This document shows, piece by piece, positions 52,016-64,000 of a stretch of DNA of 64,000 nt; the first letter of the stretch is position 1, and each line of letters begins with the position of its first letter. The position numbers were made by a program, and so were the translations under genes. Location: assembly GCF_030144855.1 (NCBI RefSeq), contig NC_082731.1, positions 22,010,001 through 22,074,000 on the forward strand, given 5' to 3'. The notes below the pieces were generated by a model. The model made no database searches and was not told the DNA's origin. It saw only the letters and a program-made list of their open reading frames with translations. The DNA comes from Hypanus sabinus. Taxonomy: Eukaryota.

Positions 52016-52989
52016 TGGTTGCTGAGAGTAATTTGTTGTGCCAAATTAGACTACAGGCTCAACCTCCCAAGCAGACAAACAAATGTGCAGGTGTGCTTTT
52101 TTAATCCTAAGATTCAGTTATCCATCACCACTCGTTACAAACGACAACATGTCCGCAGAGATAGTAAACACTCGTCAAGAGTGTTTGTTTGTAGATGCAG
52201 TGTGGGCCACTGTAACACTCCTGAGACAGTATAAATGGCTGTCATGATTCCGACAATCATTTTTATTATGAACTAAATCACAGTCACGCACACTTTAGAG
52301 AGTCAGAATGGTAAAAGCAGTGCAATTAGCAAAAGGCATGAGGCAGAACTCTGAATGTGTGTCATGTGTATCTTTGCAATGTTGGATATTTCATCGAGGA
52401 ACAAAGATAAAGCCATATTATTTATGTTGTCTCTTTCCCCCTTTAATATCATGTGTTCTAAACAACATTTAGCCAAATTCTTAAATTATAAGGATAATTT
52501 CATGTGTACACATACTTTTTATTTGTGCACTCTGCCGATTCTGAGACACACAGTATTGTGGAGAAGATGAATAAAATGATTTGAGGAGACTGCAATAGTT
52601 TAAATAATTAAGAAAAATAAAACATATGTAATCGGTATGGTTTGATCTACCGCAATGCAGTTACTCACATCCGCAAGCACCATGTAGTGAAACACGGCAA
52701 ATAAGGGAATAATAATTTACATCATGAGATGACCACCAGCAAAATCAGCAATGTTTAAGAATTTCAAGAGAAAGCTTTCGTGCCTGATTCGGTGAACTTT
52801 TCACATCAATTCAACTTCTGGGTTCACGTGAGGAGCCTGTACCTCGACCTAAATAAAAGTGTTTGAACTGTTAATGTAAAGTAACGGATAGTGTTACTAC
52901 AATAGAGGGATAAGTGGCAGTTTAATATGTCTTCTTTGAACCATGTGTCGACATTTTTTCTGTTTGATCAGATTCCGAAGAATGAATGA

Positions 52990-53478
52990 TCATATTTATT
53001 TCATAGTGTTCTTGTATGTCCTATGTAAAACCGGTGTAAATAATGTAAAGGACTGGCTGCAACACTGTCTGGTATGTGGTGGTGGGTGCGTAGGGCTACT
53101 GTACAGGACCGAAAGAAGTGCATAGGTTTGTAAGCTCCATTTTGGTCTGAGCCGACAAAGTATCCATGATATATTCCAGAAGTGTCGTCTCGAAAAGGCA
53201 GCATCGATTTTTCTCGTCCTTCAGCACCCAGGGCATGCCCTTGCCTCACTACTACGATCAGATAGGAGGTACAGATGGTGATGGCACACACTCAACAATG
53301 CCCGATTATGCACGATTTTCAATCTATTCAATATAAATATAATGCAATTGATTTATTTATTTATGAATTATTATTATGTTATTTGTCTTTTCCTATTCTC
53401 CTGTGTTGCATTGAACGGCTGCTGCTATGTTAATACATTTCACGTCAGATTTCAGTAATAATAAACCTGATTCTGTCT
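52990..53478 (+). mobile_element. Rex1/Babar-like 3' fragment (copy B)
   Basis: Paralog of 34210-34692. Confidence 0.65.
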
Positions 53479-56099
53479 GTATGCAAGGCAAAGTAAACTA
53501 GTACTATTCACCGTAGTGGCAATGGAAGTTAAAGTTAGCGCAGTGTAAACACTGACATGTCCTTTCGTTTGAGACAGGGATACTTTTTTGTACATTGGGC
53601 GACGCTACAAAGCAGCACACCAATCCTAGCAAAATGAAAAAAAAAAAAGCGAAGTGTGAACCTTATAAGATAAACATAAGCATTTACACGGACATTGTCG
53701 TAGGTCTCGCCGGTTTAAAAAATAATAATCCTGCTGTTTTGTTTCTCTTTGAATATCCGCATCATAGGATATCAAAGTAACGCATGCTTTGATTTGATTC
53801 TTTTGCATAGCAAGGGGAGATTTTTTTCTTACCTCGTTTAATGGCATAAACTGATTGCAGGCTGACCTACCATTGCTCATGGAACTGAAAAGGATACAGT
53901 AACTGGAGTTCCTGTTCGGGGTTTCAGACATTGGAAGTGGCACAACCATTTATGCAACCATTCAAGTTAAGGAATTTTAAATATATTCATGAAAGTATGT
54001 ACTTATCTGTGAGGCAAACACCCCTGAAAAAGTTATTAAATATAATCCTTAGTTTCCTCAGTAACGAATGGCTTACCATAACCTGTTTCAAAAGGATTTT
54101 TTCCTAGGTGCAAACAATACAGATATTTGGTAAGTGAGCAACCGAATGCACAACAAAAACATCAAAATTTCAACTTTCCGTGGATCTCGCTCAATGCCAC
54201 AACGTAACACAACGAAAAAAATTCTTGTTTCTGGACGGCACAGTAACGACAGAACAATCGCCCAAATCCGTACACTTCAGATCCTGAAGTCCAGGTGACA
54301 TACATCACATAATTAGAGAGACTGATGGAAAACATACATGTAAACGTGCACGCGTATTTAAGATTTTGTGTGAAGCAAATATTTAACAAATCTGAAGACA
54401 TCAGGTCGGACATACGAGGACGATTAGCCACTGTGTGTATTTGGATCAGTCCAAGGTTTCGCTTTCTGAGCAATTTGTTCTGGCCACCAATACATTTCCC
54501 ATTGATCTATCTAGTGGGGTCGCTTATCCAGTTTGTTCACTTTAACGTATTGTTAGTTATTCAGAATGTGATTGTAATACATCGCATTGAGATGTCAATC
54601 GCGTTGAAAACGTTTTCGGTTCAGTTTATGGTTTTGCTGCCATCTATAATATACATTTTCTCCTTATTTTCTAAGATCCATTTCTCCCTTCTTCTGTCTA
54701 CTTGGCGATCGACCGCAACATATGGCTATAATTGTTCTGCAATATTTAAGTTTTCGACTCGTGGGGCTCCAGGTTGCCGTTAGGTTTGCTTTATCTTGTG
54801 GTTTAGGCAGAGTTTTCATTTTCTGACCTCCACGGTTCCTTAGCTGCCTAACTGTGGGTGGTAGCAGTGTAGTCTGAACTATTATTAAACTCAGTTTGAC
54901 AGTCGATGATGTGATATGTATTACAATGCTGCATGTCTCTATTAGTGAGATGTTTAGCATTGTATCGAGTACCTTGCGAATAGTATTCTTTGCACACTTG
55001 ATGGAAATTGTGTCCAGAACTGATACAATAGCAACAAAGATTCAGAACATAGATTTTATTTTCTTTCAAATCGGAAAAAACACAGACCTTAAATCAAAAC
55101 AGTAGTAAATGAAACTAGGCAGTCAACAAGTCTGACGGGCACGATGGCAAAAGTAAAATATTTGGACTACATTGTCGGAGTGCACGGAGGCGGCAGTTTA
55201 TTGCCAATGAGCTATCGAATTCCACTCGAATTATTATTTAGGAATGGCGGTATTTAACCGCTTTCTTTTCATCCCGGCGCTTGCCGAGTCTTCATCAGAG
55301 CACGCCAACTTGATTTTGGCTGCTTGGATTCGATCTTGGCTGATAAAGTGCACCGTGGAATACTGTTGTTGAAGACCGGCGGTATTCTTTACAGAATTAT
55401 TTTTTTTTTCCTTTCAGTCGCCGTCATATCATGTAGTTTTCCTTCTCAGCGTTTTAGTTAACGGTTTTATTTGACCTGACTTTTATGCTTTTATATTCCC
55501 TTTAAACCCTGTTTTTATTAGTTTCTGTATGCTATCGGACTGTTGTAGAGTATCGCTCTCCGCACGGGTCATATTGGAACGAAATGACAGCATGTTTCGA
55601 TAGCAATGATGTTGTACCCAGCAGAGAGACGTTAGCTCAATTTAGACACGATGTTATTAGTTATGGATAAGATGCACGACTTATGTTTCGGGTGAAGCTA
55701 ATGTAGAAATAATGCAGATAATCTCGTACCGACAAGCCTAGGTTTATCTGGAAGAACAGGAATCACCGTTGCTCTTATGTACCAACAACATACCCAGATA
55801 ATGGGATCAGGAGACTGCGAATTCCACTCTCATTGTCGCCGTCCCCGAACTCACTGCGGACAGCCAGCTTCAGCTGACAGCCATTATGGTTCACGCCAAT
55901 TCAACTCAACAGACTTTGGCCGCGGTAATCCCATTGCCAGCATTTCGTATTTTTTTCCCTATTCTGCGGCTTCGCAATCTCTGCCGTTCATGTTCGCACT
56001 GCCGCGCCAGGACCAGAACTGACTCCCTTTTTCGAACTCCAACAGACTCCCGATTTCAGGCGACCCCGGATTTTAGCGTATTCCACGGAGTGGCCAACC

Positions 56100-59000
56100 A
56101 CCAAGTGATATTTTTGTGATCCGTTTAGCAGCAGCATTTTATTGCCTTCTGCTAGCTGACATTTCAAGCTCAACCTGGTCATTTTAGTGCTAATGCGCCG
56201 ACACTTGTGTAGATGGTCAATCTCAGCGATGGAGTTCCACTCAGACTGCTCAACGCTTTACGGGATAACCGGAGCCCAGTTGTTCTCAATTTCGTTACAG
56301 ACTTCTGGAAGGATTTGGGCCGTTCATTAGGGTGTCTTCTGGTTGCCCAAGTACTTATGGAACTAAGTCAGGACATCGGGTCGCTGAGAGACAAATTCTT
56401 CTCGCCTACAGTAGAGGTAGTAAGGAATGAAGTAGCTCGCATCACTGTGTTCCAGCATGGACAGATCGGAGCGATCTGGCACAAAATTGCTCTCGTTGAC
56501 GGGCAGGATATATTGGAAGATCTGATTAATCCGGCTGTTCGATTGAAGAACGGTTAACTGAGTGAGCAGGGAAATAATGATAACCGTCAGCAAGGAGTGT
56601 ATTTCTGACCTGTTGGTTCCGTCTATCGTCCGTTGCCGCTCTTGACGAAATTATCGCAAATTCCTTGTCGTGGTGTTTTCGGACACATGAACCTAAGACT
56701 TTTGTTGACACCGTGCAAAACGGTAATCACATTGAATTCTCTGTCGTCAAAGATGGAGAGTTCTGATTCACTAATGGAAGGGAAAAGATGAACGTCAGGG
56801 CCCTGGACGGTTGATCTCTGTGCACCGGCCAGATACACCTTTCCACCAAACCGCTTGAACTTGTGCTCGAAGCCATGCATACTGAACAACTGTCATGACC
56901 TCTGGTTGATTCGCTTGAACTGCCGCAAGTGCTTGATTCCCCCTAATTATCCCGATATAACCCTTGAACGTATGTCATTTGAAGTTTTCTAAGAGTGGGT
57001 ACCGTCATCCCGATCTAACTGTATGAGTTCATATCAAGCTTAGATCTACAAATCGCATCCTATGTTAGCTCAGGATCTGAACTTGTTTGGGATTTCTGAT
57101 GAATATGCAGATCTTGCTGAGTGCTTCAGTTAAAGTGCTTCATCTGCCCCTACATGCATTCGACTGTTCCATAGTGCCCTGACTTAACACGGGTCCTAAA
57201 CGGGGTCGGTTAAATTCCCGCTTTCATCCTGAAATTCTGGCCATGGTGGAATACATTAATAAGTCATTACCCATGGTCTGTAACCCTCCTCCAAACGCTC
57301 CAGCGGGATGAGGAATCCTTATATTAAGAGCTTCATTCTTGCGTTGATCATCTGCCATTGAACAATATCAACGTGAAGATCTGTTGCCCACGTCCCCAGC
57401 TTTCGAATAACTACATGGAGAAACCAAATTTTCCAGAATTGATCAAAGGGATTTTTAACAATGTACTTCATATGAGAGAATGGTATGACTGACTGTCAGC
57501 GGTCAACACGTCTAACGGCTACGATTAGTACATTGTTTTGCTCTTTGTTCTGTCCAACGCCACGGATGATTTCTGAGCCGCTGTTAAGAATGTGTTCAGA
57601 GACAGGTGGAAACTGTTGTTGAGTATTCAGACGACATTCACCTCTATTCCCGCTCTCATCGGGTGCAAGTTCAGCTTTTTCGCAGGATTCTCAGATAGCT
57701 CTTCGACAATAACCTGTACGCCAGGCCCGAGAAATGTGTCTTCCATAAAGACCAGATGTCCTTGTGGATTATATAGCTATGTTATGCAGTGTTCAATTTC
57801 AAGTAAAGTCCAGACAGTTACATCGTGACTCAAGGTACTCTTCCACATTAAGGATGCAGAGAGGCCCAACTCTCGACAAGCCCAGTGGACATTCTTTCTC
57901 AACTGGTTCAGTTTCACCTTCAGCTTTCCTTCCGAGTTAGGAATACTAAGGCCGATACTTTCTGTCGGCAGTTCAACGGATCTGATGCCAATGCGCATCC
58001 AGAGGACATTCTTCCTCACTCGTGTGTTGCTTCTCCCGTAATTGGGGAAATGTAGGCGGATGTGTAGGTTGTACAACAATTGAATCCAGAGCCTTTTAGG
58101 GGATGTCAAAATGGTTGTTGCCCCTACCTTGGTGCTCTTTCCAGCAGTAGAATAGGGTAACTCCGCCCTTCTGGCTGGACATCATGGTGTTGAACGGCCT
58201 GGGAGTTAAAAAGATAATACTTTGGTAGCCATCGATATATCTCTGCCTTCGTTTCTGCATATCACACCATCGCTCAGAACAAATCGTCACGCCAGTGTCC
58301 TGCAGTTCTGCGTCATCCACGCCCTGAGCCCCGCAGCACCCTGTCCTATCTCTCAGTTGATTCCCTCATTGAGATAGCTCCGTCAAATGGGAACTCTACC
58401 ATTTTTATTGCTATGGCTCGGTTATCCACGATCGAACTAATGTTCATACCACAGCTCCACCTACGCACAGTCGTCTCCTGAGACAGCCAACATCATGGTT
58501 TAAATGGTTTTTAGGCTCCATTGCTTCCTGCAGTAAATAATGACTTATCGTGAGCTACAGTTCACTTCCCGTTTTTGGAAGGCTTTCAGCTTTCTTGTAG
58601 GAGTCACTGCGAGTCTCTCTTCTGATGTCTACCTCAAATTAAATGACCAGTCTGAAAAAGTAAACCAAGAGTAGGATGCACCTTCCGCTACCTAATCATT
58701 TCAACCACACGTTCAGGAGTTCCCAATTGGTTTCGGTAGATATCGCACAAAATAACTTCCGGCCTCACGGGTATATCCCCCTTTTATTGCCAGAGGGATT
58801 CCAGCCAACGCTTTTCCCTGACCAAGAGAATGAAGTCGTATTTTCCTTTGCTGTGCAGCTTATCCAATTCTACAAAGCACACCTGGAGTCCAGCCAGAGC
58901 TTCTCTGCTGCACAAACATAAACAACCTCCGCCGACAGGTGATCCTTAACACATAAAGAGGAGTAATTGTTGGCATCATGTGAACCTCCGATGAATGCTA

Positions 59001-59400
59001 AGAGCCGCAAAATGGCTCCAAGGGACCATTTGTTGTGTAAAAAAATGTGACCACAGTCTCGTATAAATTGCGTCTATCAGCATCACAAGATCAATCCAGC
59101 ATTCTTTGTTTTCAGCTCAAGCTGGTGATTGCCTCTCCATTGGATCCAGCCACTCCATCTCTCAGTTCTCCCTTCTTGGTAGATGATGCCAATTTATATA
59201 CTTTGCGGCGCCTCCTGGCATCTCGCTGTGTACTTTGAAATGTCCTCTACGTCGCGGACTGCAAAGGGTATGGTCCGAAACAACGGCGTTGTATCTCGGC
59301 TAAGGACTTCTTGGACCAGTCGCTCATGGGGATGTTCTAACTGGCACAGGATTGTGGCGCATCAGGAGCTGTGCCATATTAGGGAGGCAGAGTGCTGAAG
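56100..59400 (-). mobile_element. Heavily degenerate Gypsy-like LTR retrotransposon internal region (gag to start of RT)
   Basis: Reverse-strand remnants in the expected order: EKRWLESL (PNMA-like gag, about 58800), TLFYCWKEH (decayed zinc knuckle, about 58150), protease-like GVQVI..S...AKKLNL and IRGVG (about 57550-57700), and SVEQSEW (cf. RT-start PV..SEWA.P, about 56240). Each motif alone is weak. Confidence 0.45.
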
Positions 59401-59676
59401 AGTAATATTACTAGCTGTAATTGCTGCACATCGGAATAAATATCAGCCGTCTGTTTAATCATTGAAGTTTCTGAAATTAATTGGGTATAGAGTGGGTATA
59501 AACTAAATCACCCCTTTCACCCATATTTCGCGAAAAGAACTTACGGTTCCTTCTGTTGGTAACATATTTGCACCGAATGAAAGCTATCTCGTCATGAAAT
59601 TTACCAGAATGCTCCGGAGCACAATACTGCATCCCTAGTGGCACCACCGCTTCTCCAGATGAATTGTGGTTAAATA

Positions 59677-60245
59677 ACACAAAGTATTACTGCAGATGGT
59701 GTGGTCAATTCAAGACGTACGAAAAAACTGGATGAACTCAGCAGGTCGGGCAGCATCCCTGGAACGGAGCAGTCAACGTTTCGGGTCGAGACCCTTCGTC
59801 TGGAATAAAGAAAGAGAGGGCAGTGGTCCTATAAAGATGGTGGGGGGAGGGTGGAAAACCAATCAGAGGAAAGATCAAGGGGTGGGGAAGGGAAGCAGGA
59901 ATGGGATAGGCAGTAGAGGTGAAGAAGGAATCTAAGGGGAAAGCACTATGGGTAGTAGAAGAAGGCAGAGTCATGAGAGGTGATAGGCAGCTAAAATAGG
60001 AGACGGAGTGAAGGTGGGATCGGTGAATGGAGAGGGAGGGAACTACCTGAAGTTGTAGAATTCGATGTTCATACCAAGGGGCTGGAGATTACCCAGACTG
60101 TATATTCCACATATTGAGAGTTATGAGAAGTTTGGCCACATCATGGCAGTAGAGGAGGGCAGGTATGGACATATCCGAAAGGGAATGTGAAGGAGAGTGG
60201 AAGTGAGTGGCAACCGGGAGATCCCGTCTGTTGTGGCGGACGGAA
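59677..60245 (-). mobile_element. Penelope-like element 3' part
   Basis: CTGGATGAACTCAGCAGGTCGGGCAGCATC...CAACGTTTCGGGTCGAGACCCTTCGTC is the reverse complement of the tail family at 14075 and 46299. Confidence 0.75.
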
Positions 60246-60904
60246 ATTGTGGTTAATGTTGCCGGAATTTCCAAAACAAATTCTATTCCATTCCTCATTA
60301 TTCGTCTTGGGAACTTCGAACAGGAATGACGAAAATATTTTTTCAATATTTATTTTCCAGTTTTTTTGTCCTCTCAATTTAGAACGGGTTTATTTTCTAC
60401 CATCTGATCGCCTGCACTAGCACACTATTTTTGCACCGAGCGAAAAGCAACGGAAACAATCAGCCCCAGCTGCCAATACTTCCATAATCTAGATGGTAAC
60501 AGGATGCGTAACTTAAGTTAAAGTTATACAATTTCAATTCCAATTCCAACTGATCACTCAGCTGTCGCAACGGTTAATAATTCTGAGTTTACATTGTTCC
60601 CGTCAACCGAAATAAAACCAAATTTATTAAAAGTTAATTCTATACTGATAGATTATATTTCAACATGAGATCTGCAATCCATTGCTCTCAAATACACGTT
60701 ACTTCGAAAATGATCATCTTCTTATCTTATTGATCTTGGAGCAAAGTATACGACAAATAGAGTTTAAATAAAATTGCCTTCGATTTATACTGTGGAGGTC
60801 GGAAAATAATTGGACAGAAATGTGTAGTTGGCTTGTTGTGGATATCGATGTGAAGAAAGAAAATCTGCGCAGAAGATCAAGGCACCTACGAATGCATTGC
60901 CACT

Positions 60905-61434
60905 TCTCAACGTATTTCAAAATAATTTGGCACTTTATTTAATTTTGAAATCTACTTTTCCGATTTATTCTCGATGTTTCAGGTTGCAGAGATTTGAAAG
61001 AGTTGAAAACAAGTCTGACCTTCCCTTCATGTGCATGGAACACTGGTGGCGTTTGATTTAATCCTTGTAGCATCCAGCATACATTTGTTTTACTATGGGT
61101 ATCACTGATGAAGAATTCCGGTTATATTGAAATATAAAAGCAGTAAAGAGTTTAGCCTTTTCACTGTATTTGGACGAAATAAGTTTATTTTCCAACAAAC
61201 TGAGATTCTGCACAAACACAATATTTGTGCCCTGACCGTGACACTTTCCAAAACAAGCTGTCCACCCGCTCAAATACTTCCGTAGCCAACTTGGAATAGT
61301 TAACAGTAACCAATCTTAAAATGGTGGAAGTTCTACCAGCCTCCAACTGATTTTTCAAATTTCACACAGGTTAATAGTTCCGCGTGCACCTTTTCCTCAT
61401 CAAAGTAAACAAAACAATTGTTACTAAAATACAT
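60905..61434 (-). pseudogene. Possible decayed V1-family TCR V relic (leader-like exon 61434-61368, V-like sequence from about 61265)
   Basis: ATG TAT ... GCG GAA CTA TTA ACC T|GTGTGAAATTT versus V1 ATG TAC ... GCG GCT ACT CTT TTA ACC T|GTGAGTGTGAAATTT (same phase). Then CAGGG, ISSKYS (V1 ISCNYS) and TCT TTA CTG CTT (V1 TCT TTA CAG CTT). The 3' half aligns poorly and no RSS is visible. Confidence 0.35.
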
Positions 61435-62223
61435 ATTTTATCTTCAATAAAGTGAAATCTCTTGGCCGAAATTTCCTACGAATTCATATGGACAGGTAGG
61501 AAAGGCAAAACAGATATCAGCAGACTACGCACTGGAACTGCGCTGAAGTATTTGTTTTTTGTTAGTTATGTCTTTCTTTCTTCCGTTACCTGAATGGAGT
61601 ACCGAATAGTTCCATCCCACGATAGATAACACCGGTTTGCATTGTCAGACATCATACCTGATGATTTATCGGTGTACGCAGTAAATTAAACCAACAGAGC
61701 TGTTCAGCCCTACGGATCCGCTAAACCTGTTAAGGAAGGTAGGGAATCGATTCCTTGTGAACCATTCATGAGGCCGAAGAAAATGAAGACAACACAAACG
61801 CGTCACACAAGAAATTAGACGGTTGCTGAGAGAAATGTCGATAGTTCCCAAATGAGCACAGAGGACTATGCAAATTTCTCGCTCCAGAGGAGCTGCAATC
61901 TAACTGTTACCGTGTTATTTTAATCGTAACGAATGCATTCGTGCAAAAGTTCGAAGACAGCATGTAAACACCGGCATTATTGTTTTGTACTGCTATAAAG
62001 TCATCACTAAGGTCAAACAGATTTTTGTCAATTCAGCAATTGCCCAGGACTTCTACACAACCAGCTAAGCAGCTCAAGACGCTGCAGCATCTTGCCGTTT
62101 TCTCACACAATGCATTTCTACAGTGGTCATGGTTTCGCTCTCCATCGTCTTGCCAAACATGCCTCGGGACCCGTACTATCTGGAGCCTTCCCTCTGGCGC
62201 CTGAAGTTGTAAATTTTGCAAAG

Positions 62224-62262
62224 GGTTGTTGCAGTGGTATTCTATAGCTCGGCCTTAATGTG
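62224..62262 (-). other. 23-spacer RSS of V4: CACATTA / 23 nt / GCAACAACC
   Basis: Heptamer 62262-62256 follows TGT GCA ATG ACG CC. Spacer 23 nt, nonamer 62232-62224. Confidence 0.85.
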
Positions 62263-62705
62263 GGCGTCATTGCACAGAAAAATACGGCGGAGTCAGAAAA
62301 AAAACAGCATTGGAAATTCTGAGATCAACTGCCGCACTTTGTTTGTCTATTGCAGCCGAAAACCGGTCTGGGCAATCGGAAGATTGCTCTCCACCATTCC
62401 CTGTTGCGTATCTCTTCAATAAATATCTCAAAGATTGTCCAGGATATTGCATGTACCAGAACAGCGTGTAGGCAGACTTTTCACGGTAACTGCAGTTCAG
62501 CAGCACTGTCTGACCTTCCTGAACCGTCGATACAGCCGGATCTTGGATGATCAAATATTCAGCACTCGCGCCTGGAAGAAAGCAAGAAACGCATGAATAT
62601 TTCCCAAGGGAAAAACTTGTCAGAGGAAGCGCACATTCATTATAAACTGGACATACCGGGCAGGACAGACATAATTATTATAGACCAAAATCGGAAAGTC
62701 CACAT
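62263..62705 (-). pseudogene. TRAV: TCR alpha/delta V segment V4, frameshifted in FR3 as assembled (leader 62705-62657, intron 85 nt, V exon 62571-62263)
   Basis: MWTFRFWSIIIMSVLPGASAEYLIIQDPAVSTVQEGQTVLLNCSYREKSAYTLFWYMQYPGQSLRYLLKRYATGNGGEQSSDCPDRFSAAIDKQSAAVDLRISNAV, then a frameshift in the T8 run (62297-62304). SDSAVFFCAMT continues in another frame. Donor GTATGT, acceptor TTCCAG. Confidence 0.88.
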
Positions 62706-63544
62706 ATCGTCTACTCTGTGGAGTACTGCAAGAATGTGCTGAATGCAGAATGTGCTGATTTTGCTGTTCTTACTGCTTAACGTAAACGCGCTTGAATTAT
62801 AACTTTTATCAGATACGCATGATTGGTTCATACAAAGCGAAAGGGAGGGTAAGAAAATTAAAACGAAGCGATTGGCAGCTTTCGCTGTACGTTCGACAGC
62901 AATTGGTCAAACAAGATCAGTATTGTTTTATCTCTGCTTCTTACTATAAGCCAATTCCACGTCATTAGTGTCAGTAATAGGAAAAAAATGTTACGAAAGA
63001 TACTTATCAGGTCAGTTGGGATCTGTTGAAAATGTAACTGTGTTATCGTGTTAGGTTTGACTCTATTCTCCTTTCCACGGATTTTGCCGAATCTCATGCA
63101 TTTATACCAAAATGCTGGACATAATTTCTCCGCAGCACAAACATTTCGACATAGCATACGTGAATATGCAGTATCGTTGACAAGAATCACAAATGTAGTA
63201 TTGTGAATTCTATCTATATTTTGTCGCTGTTTATTCTCCGCAGAAATGTTCATTGCTGGGTAGAACCAGCAGCTGAATGAACAGGGCCATCATTAACGTC
63301 ACTACGTGCCGTTTTGTATGAAGTGGGCAGCCAGAATTTTCGACCTCATTGTTCTTGCTCTTGTTATTTGTCAGAAAAATTAGTTTTGTACTGTCTTCTT
63401 CTGGGCAGTGGCTTTACAAGTCAGGTGATAACAGCCATTATCAGTCGTATTCCGTTATTTTCTCAATGGTGTCACTGCTCTCACGGCTTCTGATATGCAT
63501 CAGATGCTCATACATCAATTAAGCATCTGCTTGGATGGATTCAT

Positions 63545-64000
63545 AGGGTCCTGATAGGCCAGCCAGTTTAACGTTGGTGATTGGGAAAATTCTTGAAACT
63601 ATCATTGAATAAGTAATAGAGAGGAATCCATCAGCCACATGTGGCAAGGTCTCAGCAAAGGCAGATTCTGTTTGACAAACTTACTGGAACTTTGAGGATT
63701 TAACGAACACAGTGGATAGCGGACAACAGGTGGACGATATTTACTTGGATTTCCAGAAGGCGTTCGATAAGGGGCCACGGAAAAAGGCTCACTCATAAGA
63801 TAAGGATGCAAGGAGTTGAGGGTGATTTATTAGTGTAGAAGGTGGATTCGTTAACTGATAGAAAGCAGAGAATTGGTATAAATGGGTTATACTCTGGTTG
63901 GAAATTCGTAGCCACAGGTGTGCCGCAGGGATCGGTGCTTGGCCCACAAACGGTTATGATATACATGAACAATTTGGAAGAAAGTACTGAGTGTACTGAA
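63545..64000 (+). mobile_element. Degenerate CR1 RT, running off the window end
   Basis: FCLTNLLE, IYLDFQKAFDK and VPQGSVLGP motifs. Confidence 0.85.

Larger units (their letters stand above)
39540..56090. repeat. Segmental duplication copy B (V3 cassette, about 16.5 kb)
   Basis: Collinear with copy A. It lacks A 22766-25313 and has extra sequence at about 40352-40700, 43577-43795, 43870-44030 and 46033-46586. Confidence 0.95.

Overview
Vertebrate genomic DNA containing part of a T-cell receptor alpha/delta (TRA/TRD) variable-gene array. It is inferred to be cartilaginous fish, possibly a ray, from the CR1, Rex1 and Penelope repeat repertoire and the V-domain style. Four V segments lie on the minus strand, each with a leader exon, a phase-1 GT-AG intron, a V exon and a 23-spacer RSS. 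V1 (9473-9976) has an intact ORF but Leu replaces the conserved Trp41. V2 (28576-29401) and V3 (47334-48155) are intact paralogs. V4 (62263-62705) is frameshifted in an 8-nt homopolymer. A heavily decayed V1-family relic may lie at about 60905-61434. V2 and V3 sit inside a tandem segmental duplication of about 17 kb (about 19.4-37.3 kb and 39.5-56.1 kb) with copy-specific TE insertions, deletions and very uneven divergence. The rest is mostly TE debris: CR1, Rex1/Babar, L1/Tx1, Penelope-like, Gypsy/solo LTRs and a Tc1 end. No D, J or C segment was found. I found no clearly new biological system; the best leads are the non-canonical V1 family, the conserved non-coding elements in the duplicated V cassette, and the V4 frameshift. 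All alignments, counts and family assignments were done by eye. TE boundaries are approximate unless a TSD or terminal motif is given.
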